64,000 bases of DNA from Phycisphaerae bacterium (GCA_035399845.1 DAOPJV010000001.1:45872-109871), one strand, 5' to 3'. Counted from the first letter of the stretch, positions 36,247 through 45,863 are shown. The notes: generated by a model not told the origin, from the sequence alone. Numbers and translations are program-made.

Positions 36247-36705
36247 CGCGGTTCGTCGATCGGTTACGTGTGGTTGAGCGATGGTTGTTGCATGGCGACC
36301 GCCGCCTGACTGCGGCGGCTCGGTGTGGGGCGACTCGGCGTGGCGCGAGTCGGCGGCCAGGACGGTGAAGGCGGTGGCTCGGCCTGTCTCGCTGCGCTGG
36401 CCTGTTCCCTGGCGGTCACAGTTCGGTCATGCGCGCCCGGCGCGCAGTTCCGAGCCGGGCCAGTCATGGCTCGGTTTCTCCGTCGGTCGTTGCGCGGTTC
36501 GTCGATCGGTTACGTGCGATTGAGCGATGGTTGTTGCATGGCGACCGCCGCATGACTGCGGCGGCTCGGTGTGGGGCGATTCGGCGTGGCGCGAGTCGGC
36601 GGTCAGGACGGTGAAGGCGGTGGCTTGGCCCGCTGTGCTGGCCTGTTCCCTGGCGGTCACAGTTCGGTCATGTGCGCCCGGCGCGCGGTTCCGAGCCGGG
36701 CCGGT
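36247..36705 (+). repeat. Long modular repeat, array 2 (5'-truncated unit, one full unit, start of a third)
   Basis: The period is about 246 bp: ggtcgttgcgcggttcgtcgatcgg occurs at 36249 and 36486. Core modules are at 36390-36427 and 36631-36668. The array ends 15 nt from the stop of the reverse-strand kinase gene. Confidence 0.85.
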
Positions 36706-36720
36706 AGTGGTCAATGCTGC

Positions 36721-39216
36721 TCATTCAGAAACGGAGTTTCGCTGGCGCCAGGCCGCGGCCTGGTCCGGGGCGTTCACGTTGTCGAACAGGATCGCCAGGT
36801 CGTCTCGAATTCGATGGATCATCGCCGGGTTCACCGGCGCCATCTCCTCGCCGCGCTGCTCGATCGCCAGCAGGATCGTCTTCGCCTCGTCGTATCGCTT
36901 CAGCCGCATGAGGCATTCGCCACGAATCATTTCCACTGTCATGACGGGGGCGCTCGACGCGTCAAAGAACCGTGTTCGCTGGCTCGACGCGTCGTCGAAG
37001 TACTCGAGGGCCTCGGCGAATTTTCCGCGCAGGCACAGGAGTGAGCCGAGATTGAGCAGGTTGGTCGCGAGGTCGGGATGACCCTCCGGATGAACCCGGC
37101 GGTAAATCGACGTCGCCTGGCGAACCAGTTCGATCGCCTCGTCGATGCGATTCTGCTGCGCCAATATCACGCCGAGGTTGTCGAGGCTCTGGGCAATCGT
37201 CGGATGGTCTTCCGGCAGTTGCGCGCGGCGAATTTCCAGCACGCGGCGGCCGAGCGTTTCGGCGCCGGCGAAGTCGCCGCGCGCCCGCAGAGCGCTCCCC
37301 AGGTTGTTCAGCGACTCTGCAAGCTCCAGCGACACGGGTCCGCAGACGCGCTCCCGAATCTCTGCGGACTCTTCCAGCAGCGCCAGCGCCCGATCCAGTT
37401 CGCCCCGCGCACGATGAATCGACGCCAGGTTGTTGAGGTCCTGGGCCGTCGCCGCCGACTCGGCGCCCGAATACCCGCGGCTGATGTCGAGCGCCTTGCG
37501 GGCGTATTGCAGGGCGTCATCCAATTGGCCCGCCTCGTAACAGACGGCGCCAAGCTCACGATGCGCGCCTGCGAGCCGCTCGCTCCGACATCGGGCGACG
37601 TGTTCGTCTTCGGGGACCTGCTCTGCGAACCGAGACTCGATGTCCAGGGCGCGCCGGAGATGTGTCATCGCATCGGCGTAGAGGCCGAGGCCCGCGTACG
37701 TCTTGCCGATGGCCGAGTGGATGGCGGATTCAAGGGCCGGATCGTCAGCCAGCTCGGCGGCCATGTTCGCTGAGGCCGCCTTGAGCACGTCGACGACCTT
37801 GACATCAATTCCGTTTTGAGAGGGATCGGCGGCCGTCATCATCGATTGCAGGAACTCAACGACGGCGGCGGATCGATGCGATTCGGCGTCGGCGAGTTGC
37901 GCCTGTTTCTCCGCGAGTTCGCGGGCCGCGATCGCGCTCGTCCGCTGCGTTGTCGCGACGCGATAGAGCAGGCTCATGCCGATCGTCCCGCCCAGCATCG
38001 CGACGACGGCCAGCAGCGTCGCGATCGTGGCGCCACGATTGCGTTTCACGAATCGATGCAGTCGATAGATCGTCGTCTGCGGTCGGGCCTCGATCGGGCG
38101 CCCCTGCAGATGGTGGCGAATGTCATTGGCGAACTGCTCGACGGATCGGTATCGCTCCTCCGCCGAGCGGCGCATCGCTTTCAGAACAATCGCGTCCAGA
38201 TCACCCGCGAGGCGACGCCGGCGCTGAATGCTCGCCCGCAGCGTCTGCGAATCACTGTCCTGAGCCGCCCGGGCCAGGACCGCGCTGGGCCTGTCGGGAT
38301 CGATTTCACAGATGATCCGTTCCAGTTCGTAGAGCGGCCGATGGGCTCCGTGAAACGGATGGACGTCCGTCAGCAGTTCGTAGAGAACGACGCCGAGCAT
38401 GTAAATGTCGGTCCGCGTGTTGATAGGCTCGCCCAGGATCTGCTCGGGGCTCGCATACGCCGGCGTCATGTGTCGCCCGGCCGTTGTCACGCCGATTGCG
38501 TCATTCGGTTTCTGGTTCACGAGTTTCGCGATGGAAAAGTCGAGCAGTTTGCAGGCGCCATCATCGGAGACGAGGATGTTGCTCGGCTTCAGGTCGCAGT
38601 GAACGATCAGGTTTTCGTGGGCGCACTGCACGGCGTCGCACACCTGCAGAAAGAGCTCAAGTCGCGCATCGATATCGAGGTGGTCCTCCCGGCAGACATC
38701 CGTGATGGTCCTGCCCTCGACATACTCCATCACGAAGTAGGGGCAGCCCTCGGCGCTGACGCCGGCGTCGAGCAGCCGCGCGACGTGAGGATGATCGAAG
38801 GTCGCCAGCGCCTGGCGTTCGCGCTGGAATCGCCGGACCATGGCGCCATTCATCACGTCCTGTCGGATCAGCTTGATCGCGACGATCTTGTCATACTGAT
38901 CATCGGCTCGGCGCGCGGCGAAGACGTGTCCCATGCCGCCGGACGCGATGAACCGCGTGATCTCGTAGGGGCCGAGATGTGCGCCGATCAGCAGCGTCGG
39001 GTCGTCGCCGGGGGCGGGCGAATGATGGCTCAGCTGGAAGACCGGCGTTTCGAAGTGCGACGGCGCTGAGTCGTGGGCGTCGAGCAGCGATTGGAGTTCG
39101 CTCAACATCGACGCGTCATTGTCGCAGGCGCGACGGAGCCAGGGCTGGCGCTTGTCGTGATCCAGTTCACAGGCGGAGTCAAACAGACTCCTCATTCGAC
39201 GCCATCGTTCGTCCAT
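36721..39216 (-). CDS. Ser/Thr protein kinase with TM helix and TPR repeats (ECF-sigma partner)
   Basis: The N-terminal MDERWRRMRSLFDSACEL...LLDAH is typical of kinases paired with TIGR02999-type sigmas. Kinase motifs are GGMGHVFAARR, AIKLI, HCDLKPSNILV, DFSIAKL and TPAYASPEQ. The TM helix is IATLLAVVAMLGGTIGMSLLY. There are multiple TPR units (NNLAS/NNLGS/DNLGV). Confidence 0.9.
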   Translation of the reverse strand: MDERWRRMRSLFDSACELDHDKRQPWLRRACDNDASMLSELQSLLDAHDSAPSHFETPVFQLSHHSPAPGDDPTLLIGAHLGPYEITRFIASGGMGHVFAARRADDQYDKIVAIKLIRQDVMNGAMVRRFQRERQALATFDHPHVARLLDAGVSAEGCPYFVMEYVEGRTITDVCREDHLDIDARLELFLQVCDAVQCAHENLIVHCDLKPSNILVSDDGACKLLDFSIAKLVNQKPNDAIGVTTAGRHMTPAYASPEQILGEPINTRTDIYMLGVVLYELLTDVHPFHGAHRPLYELERIICEIDPDRPSAVLARAAQDSDSQTLRASIQRRRRLAGDLDAIVLKAMRRSAEERYRSVEQFANDIRHHLQGRPIEARPQTTIYRLHRFVKRNRGATIATLLAVVAMLGGTIGMSLLYRVATTQRTSAIAARELAEKQAQLADAESHRSAAVVEFLQSMMTAADPSQNGIDVKVVDVLKAASANMAAELADDPALESAIHSAIGKTYAGLGLYADAMTHLRRALDIESRFAEQVPEDEHVARCRSERLAGAHRELGAVCYEAGQLDDALQYARKALDISRGYSGAESAATAQDLNNLASIHRARGELDRALALLEESAEIRERVCGPVSLELAESLNNLGSALRARGDFAGAETLGRRVLEIRRAQLPEDHPTIAQSLDNLGVILAQQNRIDEAIELVRQATSIYRRVHPEGHPDLATNLLNLGSLLCLRGKFAEALEYFDDASSQRTRFFDASSAPVMTVEMIRGECLMRLKRYDEAKTILLAIEQRGEEMAPVNPAMIHRIRDDLAILFDNVNAPDQAAAWRQRNSVSE

Positions 39217-39221
39217 TCGAC

Positions 39222-39848
39222 CTAATCCTCACGCGTCAGTTCACGATGCAGCCATCCCTTGGCGAACTTCCAGCAGCGATCGACCGATCGCGGGGCCATG
39301 CCGAGGACTTTCGCCGTTTCCGGGACCGTCAGGCCGGCGAAGAATCGCAGCTCCACGACGCGGGCGCATTCTTCGTCGTGCGCGGCGAGCGCCGTCAGCG
39401 CCTCATTCAGTGATAACAGGAACGAATCGGAGACCGCGCCAGGAATTTCGGCCGGATCCATCGCAATCCGCTGACGATCGCCCCCGCGTTTCGCGGCGTG
39501 ACGCGCCTCGGCGTGATTCACGAGAATCTGGCGCATCGCCATCGCGGCGACGGCGTAGAAGTGCCGCCGGTCCCGCCATTGCCCGCGGCCGTTCCGCATC
39601 AGGCGAATCAGCGCTTCGTGCACCAGGGCTGTCGGCTGCAATGTATGGTTCGCCGGTTGCCCGTAAAACGACCTGGCGGCGAGGCGGTGGAGTTCGTCGT
39701 AGACAAGCGGAAAGACGGCGCCGGCGCCATCCATATCACGCAGCGTGGCTTCGCACAGCATTCGCGTGATCGGCGCGCGGTCTTCCTCAGCAATTCGCTG
39801 CGGCGCCAGTTCCGGGGTCACGCTCCGACTTAACACCTCTATGACCAT
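39222..39848 (-). CDS. ECF sigma factor, TIGR02999-like (kinase-associated type)
   Basis: LVYDELHRLAARSFYGQPANHTLQPTALVHEALIRL...RRHFYAVAAMAMRQILVNHA...RVVELRFFAGLTVPETAKVLGMAPRSVDRCWKFAKGWL. The start was set at the ATG at 39848. The stop lies 5 nt from the kinase ATG. Confidence 0.85.
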   Translation of the reverse strand: MVIEVLSRSVTPELAPQRIAEEDRAPITRMLCEATLRDMDGAGAVFPLVYDELHRLAARSFYGQPANHTLQPTALVHEALIRLMRNGRGQWRDRRHFYAVAAMAMRQILVNHAEARHAAKRGGDRQRIAMDPAEIPGAVSDSFLLSLNEALTALAAHDEECARVVELRFFAGLTVPETAKVLGMAPRSVDRCWKFAKGWLHRELTRED

Positions 39849-40180
39849 CAGTCTGTCCTCTGTGTGTGGGCACACGCCTGTTTCGACGGTGTGTGTTGGC
39901 ACATGTGTGAACTCGTTGCGGGCGTCAACGCGCCGTGGGTCTCGCATTCGTGCTAACTGTCTTCTCCACGTTTGTTTGCGCCGTTGATGCGCCTTGCACA
40001 TTCGCGTCGTCGCCGTTTGGCACATGGATTCCATGCAATCGACATACCGGCCGTCGCTCGGATTTCGAGGAGGCGGCGCGAAGTCGCAGAAAAATCGTTG
40101 GCGCGATTGTGGCGGGGTTCCTGTTTCTCCTCCTGAACGAGAGTCCGGAATGCTGGTCTTCAAGTTGCGAGGAACGAAAC

Positions 40181-41437
40181 ATGGCAATGTCTGAAATTAC
40201 TCGGCGTCAGTCGCACCCGTGGGGCGTGTTGGCCTCCCGAGTCGCGGCGGTTCTGGTCGGCTGCGTCATTGCGTCGAACGCGATCGCCGGGACGGTTAGC
40301 TACACGGCCGTGAATCTGGGGGCGCCTCCGGGGGCGGACTCCGTGGTGGGTGTTCGCCTGAACAACCGCGGCCAGGTGGCGGGTTGGTCGCAGTACTTCG
40401 GTCAAGGTGAGCCCAGCATCAAGGGCTGGGTCTGGTCGCCCGGAACAGGCTTCGAAATTCTGCCTCCTCCTCCCGGGTTCTTCTTTGGCCGTTCGCGCGC
40501 CATGGACATCAGTGATACCGGGATCGTCGCGGGCGACGGCGGCTTCGACATTGGTCTCGCGTGGCGATACGAGAACGGCGTCTACACCGTGACGGGCGAC
40601 GCCGAAGGCCTGCCCATTGCCTACCTCGGCGGTGTCAACGACGCGGGGGATCTGGCCGGAACCGCGAAGGACTCGCAGATCACAACATCCGACTACGGCT
40701 GGCTCGACGTCAACGGTGGGGCCCTGCAGTCGCTGACGCCGTTAGGAGGTCGCGCGACCGACCTCAATAACCATCGCCAGGTCTGCGGTTACTTCTCCTC
40801 CCCGAGCGGATTCGCCGCCTATCGATGGGACGCCACGAACGGCGCCCAGCCCCTTGGAACGCTCGGGCTGTCCTTCAGCTTTGCAACCCGGATCAACGAA
40901 TCCGGCGAAGTTGTTGGATACGCCGCCTCGAGCACAGGCAATACGCGGCGAGCGTGGATCTACTCGGACACAGAGGGCATGCGGGAGATTCCGTCGGCGC
41001 TGCCGAACACGAGCGCCGCTGTTTCGGTCAATCGATATGGCCACGTTGTCGGGATCTCGACGCGATCGGGCCTGGATCTCAACTGGCTGTGGACCGGTGG
41101 CGCCGGCTCGACGGACATCGCAACGCTCATAGATACCGTCGCCGAGAACTTCAACATCCTCGCCGTGAGAGATATCAACGACGCGGGGCAGATCCTTGTC
41201 CAGGTTTTCGACAACAACGTCCCCGATTACCGCATGGTTGTTCTCACGCCCATTCGGCAGGCGGGGGATATCGATGGTGATGGCGACGTGGATGTCGTCG
41301 ATCGCGATCTGTTCATCGCCGTCCTGCTCGGAAACAACACGAACCCTGTCGACATTCAGCGCTGCGATCTGAACGGCGACAGCGTGGCCGACGGCGGCGA
41401 CGCCCAGATGTTCGTCGCCGCCCTGTTGGGAATGTAA
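40181..41437 (+). CDS. Secreted HAF-repeat protein with C-terminal dockerin-like module
   Basis: GAGGA RBS. Signal VAAVLVGCVIASNAIAG. About seven repeats of the type (I/L)N..G(Q/E/H)V(A/V)G (RLNNRGQVAGW, GVNDAGDLAGT, RINESGEVVGY, VNRYGHVVGI, DINDAGQILV). The terminal module is GDIDGDGDVDVVDRDLFIAVLLG...CDLNGDSVADGGDAQMFVAALLGM. Confidence 0.8.
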   Translation: MAMSEITRRQSHPWGVLASRVAAVLVGCVIASNAIAGTVSYTAVNLGAPPGADSVVGVRLNNRGQVAGWSQYFGQGEPSIKGWVWSPGTGFEILPPPPGFFFGRSRAMDISDTGIVAGDGGFDIGLAWRYENGVYTVTGDAEGLPIAYLGGVNDAGDLAGTAKDSQITTSDYGWLDVNGGALQSLTPLGGRATDLNNHRQVCGYFSSPSGFAAYRWDATNGAQPLGTLGLSFSFATRINESGEVVGYAASSTGNTRRAWIYSDTEGMREIPSALPNTSAAVSVNRYGHVVGISTRSGLDLNWLWTGGAGSTDIATLIDTVAENFNILAVRDINDAGQILVQVFDNNVPDYRMVVLTPIRQAGDIDGDGDVDVVDRDLFIAVLLGNNTNPVDIQRCDLNGDSVADGGDAQMFVAALLGM

Positions 41438-41515
41438 CGCCGTCAAAGCCCTCCGAAACGCGCCAATTGAAACCAGTTGTGAGTCCTGTCGGACCACAGA
41501 ATACGGAGTTGACCC

Positions 41516-44500
41516 ATGAACATACGCCTTCAGACCATGACATGCCTGCTTGCGATCTGCGTCGTGAGCGCGAATCGACTCTCGGGCCAGACGCTTTACC
41601 AACAGGACTTTGAGACGATTTCGACGCCGTCCGGCTCGAACCACGGTCCCGCCGAACTGATCGCAGCGGGATGGCAGTTTCGCAATCAGAGCGATCCAGC
41701 GTCCAGTGGCGACTGGGACCGCGCCGCCTGGGCCTATCAGGGTGGTCGATCGATGCTCATCTACCAGTCCGTCGCGTTCTACAGCGGCGCCAACGCTGAG
41801 GCGAGCAGTTGGGCGATCCTACCGGCCGTCGCCGGGCAATCCGCCGGCGACACGCTTCGATTCTTCTACTTCAATTCCCCCGCGCCACCCCTGGTACCGA
41901 ATGGCCGGCTTCAGGTGCGTTACTCGCCCTCGGGTGGAACAGGAACGGGATCGAATTCTGACGACGTCGGTTCGTTCACCGTGCTGCTCGCCGAAACGCC
42001 GGCGACAGACGCCGCCTGGACGGAGATGAACGTTTCCCTGCCCGGCAGCGGCCGGATCGCGCTGCGTTACTACATTCCCGCCGGCACATCGCAGAACGGT
42101 TTCTGGGCCTACTACTATCTTGATAACCTGACGATCGGACCTGCCGGACCTCCCTGCGCGCAGCCGCCGATTCCGAATCCCGGCGAATCCGTCATGTGGA
42201 CGGCCGCCGGTGGTCCCTACGAAATCTGCGAGAACGTCACAATTCCCGCCACGGCGACAGTGACGCTTGAGCCCGGCGTCGTTGTGGACATTCTTCAGAC
42301 CGCTCAATTGACAGTTGCCGGAAGCATGGTCGGAATCGGTACGCCTTCGCAGCCGATTACGCTGACGGGCTCGTCAGTGTTTCCGACACGGATGATTGTG
42401 GCCGGGAACCTGCAACTCGATCACGCCATCGTCAACGTGCTGATTCAGCCGGTGAGTGGATTCCAGTCCTTTCTGAACACGACGTTTCAGTCAAACGGGT
42501 ACGTCTTCGGCGGCGGCGCCGCCCCCATGATCGAGTTCGACGGATGCGACTTCGACAGCTCATACGTCCGCCTGGGCGGGAGCACCGTGCGCATGGCCAA
42601 CACATCCTTCACGGGGAACTTCTGCGAGATCAACGGCTCGTTATTGAATATGGATGACGTCACGGTCGACGGCGCCCCGTTCACCGGGCTGTCACTCTGG
42701 GAGTTTGACAATCAGCCCCTGCATATCAACAACGTCAGCGTAACGAACTGCGGCGCCTCCGCCCTGGATCTTGTCGGGGGGAACTTCTTCATCGGCGGTT
42801 CCGTCAACCTGGAGGGCAACCAGTACCCGGCCCGCGTCGGGGGATCCGGGATACTCGCCGGAAGCGCACTGCCGGCGACGGGCAACACAAACAACTATGC
42901 GCTGGTGGAAGACCTGAGTGTGGCGGCGTCCAATCTGGTGTGGACGGATATCGGCGTTCCCTACGTGATCGAGGAACCGTCGTACACCGGCGGTCGATTG
43001 CGCATCGACCCAGGTGTTGTCGTGCAACTCGGACCCGATACGACATTCTGGGGAGAGCCCGGCTTCGTCCAGGTTCGCGGTCTTCCCGATGCCCCGGTCA
43101 TTGTCGAACGCCTCGATCCGCTGCAGGCGTGGCAGGGGCTGCAGTATTTCAATCGAATTGAGAACTGCCAGATTACGGGCGGGCAGATCGGCGCTCGCTT
43201 CCATTCCAACAGTCTCGTCGGCTACCTCGACAACTGTGTCATCAAGGACTGCGACTTCGGCACGCAGAATGATGTCGTTGTTCGGAAAACGCATTTCGTC
43301 AACAACGGTATCGCCTCCTGGGGTGACAACTGGACGGACGCGCTGGACGGCGCCGTCGGGGCCAACAGTTTCGAAGGCAACACGCAGGCGGTTGAGTCTA
43401 ATGGTCAACTGATCGACGCCCCCAACAACTGGTGGGGGGATCCTTCGGGGCCCGCGTCGCCGAACAATCCCGGTGGAACCGGGCAGCCCGTCCCGGGGCC
43501 CGGCGTGAATGTGTTTCCGTTCCTCACCGCCGCGCCGGACTTCAATGACAATCCGCCAGTCGTGCGAATGAACCGCCACTCCTTCATGCTGGAGCCCGGT
43601 GCGAAGGTGATCTTCACCTGGCGGGCGGAGGATGATCTCGGCATTGTCTCGCAGCGCGTCGAATTCGATCACCCGATCCAGGGCGTATCGATCCTGGCCG
43701 ACAACATCCCTGCGGGACAACGCGGTTTTGAATGGACGGTTCCGGATGTCGGGTTCATCGTGAACAACATCGCGCCAACGGTGCGCGTCGTCGCGATCGA
43801 CGCCGCGGGCCAGGAGGGCTGGGATGAGGAGGCGTTTCTCATTCCCACGGGCGACGTGCAGGGAACGTTGAACATCACGACCGATCTGTCGAGTCCATTC
43901 GTCGCGGGCCAGCCCATCGGTGAAATCTGCTGGACGCCCGAGGGTACAAATCCGCTTGGCTTCACGGTCGGCGCCGCCATCCTTTACGACGGCGACATGC
44001 GAAGCAAGGGGCTTGGTGGTGTGACATCCAACCTGACCTGCCTTTCCGGCGTGAAGCAGGCGCCGTTCGTCAGTACCGATACGGCCCGCATCGCCCTCGT
44101 GATCCAGGAGAGCCTGAACAATGTGAAGTACTTTCTGAGTGATGAATTCGTGATTCGCCCCGACACCCGCTTCGGCGACGCGCCGCCGATCGTGAACATG
44201 ACCTCTCCCACGGCCGGCGCGAGCATCCCGGGTGGTTCCGTGGTTCACATCGCCTGGACCGCGTCGGACGATCAGGCGCTGCGATCGTTTGATATTCAGG
44301 CGACCTACGATGGTGGTCGAACGTGGCACAACATCGCGGAGTCGCTGCCGGCGGACGCGACGGCGTATGACTGGCTTCTGCCCCCCAGCGAGGGTATTGA
44401 AGACCTTCGCGTGCGCGTGCTCGCGATTGATATGCGATACCAGAGCACGTCGGACGGCGGGCATCGCGTTCTTTCGATCCTGCCGGGCGTTGGCGCGCCT

Positions 44501-44677
44501 GTCGGCGATATCAATGGAGACGGGCTCGCGAACATCGACGACGTGTCTCCCTTCGTGAGCGTACTGCTCGGCTCGCCGATCGAACCGCTGCACGTGGGTC
44601 GCAGTGATTTGAATGGCGACAGCGCCGCGAACGGCCTGGACATTGCGCCGTTCCTGAATGCGATCGTCAGCCCCTGA
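41516..44677 (+). CDS. Secreted right-handed beta-helix protein with N-terminal lectin/MAM-like domain, Asp-box and C-terminal dockerin-like module
   Basis: Signal MTCLLAICVVSANRLSGQ. The N-terminal domain ends YYYLDNLTI. It has long runs of beta-helix-type repeats (NTSFTGN, NNVSVTNCG, IENCQITGG, LDNCVIKDC), the Asp-box YDGGRTW, and the terminal GDINGDGLANIDDVSPFVSVLLG...SDLNGDSAANGLDIAPFLNAIV. Confidence 0.85.
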   Translation: MNIRLQTMTCLLAICVVSANRLSGQTLYQQDFETISTPSGSNHGPAELIAAGWQFRNQSDPASSGDWDRAAWAYQGGRSMLIYQSVAFYSGANAEASSWAILPAVAGQSAGDTLRFFYFNSPAPPLVPNGRLQVRYSPSGGTGTGSNSDDVGSFTVLLAETPATDAAWTEMNVSLPGSGRIALRYYIPAGTSQNGFWAYYYLDNLTIGPAGPPCAQPPIPNPGESVMWTAAGGPYEICENVTIPATATVTLEPGVVVDILQTAQLTVAGSMVGIGTPSQPITLTGSSVFPTRMIVAGNLQLDHAIVNVLIQPVSGFQSFLNTTFQSNGYVFGGGAAPMIEFDGCDFDSSYVRLGGSTVRMANTSFTGNFCEINGSLLNMDDVTVDGAPFTGLSLWEFDNQPLHINNVSVTNCGASALDLVGGNFFIGGSVNLEGNQYPARVGGSGILAGSALPATGNTNNYALVEDLSVAASNLVWTDIGVPYVIEEPSYTGGRLRIDPGVVVQLGPDTTFWGEPGFVQVRGLPDAPVIVERLDPLQAWQGLQYFNRIENCQITGGQIGARFHSNSLVGYLDNCVIKDCDFGTQNDVVVRKTHFVNNGIASWGDNWTDALDGAVGANSFEGNTQAVESNGQLIDAPNNWWGDPSGPASPNNPGGTGQPVPGPGVNVFPFLTAAPDFNDNPPVVRMNRHSFMLEPGAKVIFTWRAEDDLGIVSQRVEFDHPIQGVSILADNIPAGQRGFEWTVPDVGFIVNNIAPTVRVVAIDAAGQEGWDEEAFLIPTGDVQGTLNITTDLSSPFVAGQPIGEICWTPEGTNPLGFTVGAAILYDGDMRSKGLGGVTSNLTCLSGVKQAPFVSTDTARIALVIQESLNNVKYFLSDEFVIRPDTRFGDAPPIVNMTSPTAGASIPGGSVVHIAWTASDDQALRSFDIQATYDGGRTWHNIAESLPADATAYDWLLPPSEGIEDLRVRVLAIDMRYQSTSDGGHRVLSILPGVGAPVGDINGDGLANIDDVSPFVSVLLGSPIEPLHVGRSDLNGDSAANGLDIAPFLNAIVSP

Positions 44678-44712
44678 CACAACGTGATTTGAGATGTGAA
44701 CGCGCCATAACG

Positions 44713-44742
44713 AGCCGGGCCAATGATGGCCCGGCTTTTTTT
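44713..44742 (+). terminator. Intrinsic terminator
   Basis: Stem agccgggcc/ggcccggct with loop aatgat, then 6 T, 36 nt after the stop at 44677. Confidence 0.75.
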
Positions 44743-44747
44743 GTTCT

Positions 44748-45103
44748 GCGGTTGCGAGCGCCGGCGCGCGGTACCGAGCCGGGCCAGTCATGGCCCGGTC
44801 ATTTCACCGGACGATGCGCGTTTCGGCGAACACTAGAGTGCGAATAAGCGATGGTCGTTGCATGTCGACCGCCGCATGACTGCGGCGGCTCGGAATGTGG
44901 CGACGCGCGGGATTTCTGATCGGCGGATGCGCCCTGCTGTGCTGCTCGGCGAAGCAGTCTTACTGCGCTACTTGGTGGCGCGTCTTGTTCCGCTGCGCTG
45001 GCCTGTTCCCTTGCGGTCACAGTTCGGTTGTGCGAGCCGGCGAGCGCGCGACGCTCCGAGCCGGGCCAGTCATGGCTCGGTCGTTCCGCCGGACGATGCG
45101 CGT
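44748..45103 (+). repeat. Long modular repeat, array 3 (diverged unit plus a truncated unit)
   Basis: The same module order as arrays 1 and 2 but diverged: ccgagccgggccagtcatggcccgg; gcgatggtcgttgcatgtcgaccgccgcatgactgcggcggctcgg; core 44991-45028. The second unit breaks after ggacgatgcgcgt at 45103. Confidence 0.8.
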
Positions 45104-45149
45104 CTGGTCGGGCTGGTGTTCATTGGGCACGATGGCGCCACTCGGCCGC

Positions 45150-45863
45150 CTAACGACGCCGCTTCTCGAACACAATGGCCGCAAGCGGAACCGCGAGCAT
45201 GCAGAGGCTGGTGGGCTCCGGCGTGGCGATGAGTTGGTAGGCTGTGTCGGAGGAGAGCGTTGAGTGTCTCCAGTCACCCGTCGCGGCGTTCATGAACGCC
45301 TGACCGTTTGCATCGCTCTGGCTGAATTCCCAACGAAACGCGGTTTCCAGATCGCCGATTTGTTGCACTTCCAGCCAATAGGTCCTATTGGCCGCAAGCG
45401 AGACAGGCGAGGATAGGACGACCTCATAGAGGTACTCCGCCGGGTCGACTCCAACGAAGACATGCTCCCCAGTTACTACCCGCGATGGATTCGCGACGAT
45501 TGCTTCATAGACAACGTTGCTGTCATCAGGAAGCCCGTCTCCTGAACGCGCCTCCAGAAAGCGAATCTGGAATGATTCCGCCATGGGAGGATTGTCCAGG
45601 TTATAAAAGCCCCACCAGCGAAGCGCGGCGATATCCGTTGATTCGACAAGCGCGAAGTCATCGGCCACGCGATTCGAATACGGATCGCCGAAATTGTCGC
45701 GAAATAGTGAGTCAGCCGCTCCGCCCCCGACACGTGTCGGCTGATGATCGACGACGATCAGGTCATCCATCGTCCCTGGTCCGGCGAGAACAGGCGCCGC
45801 CGAAAGTGAGATACCGACCGCGATGATTGATACGATGATTGCCGTGCGCATGCTCTGGCCCAT
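45150..45863 (-). CDS. PEP-CTERM-anchored secreted protein
   Basis: Signal MRTAIIVSIIAVGISLSAAPVLAG. The C-terminal ATPEPTSLCMLAVPLAAIVFEKRRR is a PEP motif, a hydrophobic helix and a basic tail. Confidence 0.8.
   Translation of the reverse strand: MGQSMRTAIIVSIIAVGISLSAAPVLAGPGTMDDLIVVDHQPTRVGGGAADSLFRDNFGDPYSNRVADDFALVESTDIAALRWWGFYNLDNPPMAESFQIRFLEARSGDGLPDDSNVVYEAIVANPSRVVTGEHVFVGVDPAEYLYEVVLSSPVSLAANRTYWLEVQQIGDLETAFRWEFSQSDANGQAFMNAATGDWRHSTLSSDTAYQLIATPEPTSLCMLAVPLAAIVFEKRRR

Noticed and set aside
35300-36705. The tandem repeats were considered as a CRISPR array.
   Set aside because: The units are about 245 bp and directly abut each other with no short unique spacers. There is no 25-40-bp repeat periodicity and there are no cas genes in the window.
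35386-36714. ORFs lying inside the repeats, for example 35386..35700 (-), 36264..36467 (-), 36427..36714 (-), 44799..45020 (-) and 45969..46175 (-), which encode similar peptides (...TAREQASAA..., ...PPQSCGGRHATTIA...).
   Set aside because: The similarity is a by-product of DNA repeats. Frames differ between copies because of indels (for example the 15-nt insertion in array 2). The composition is low-complexity, and no start or RBS context is present.
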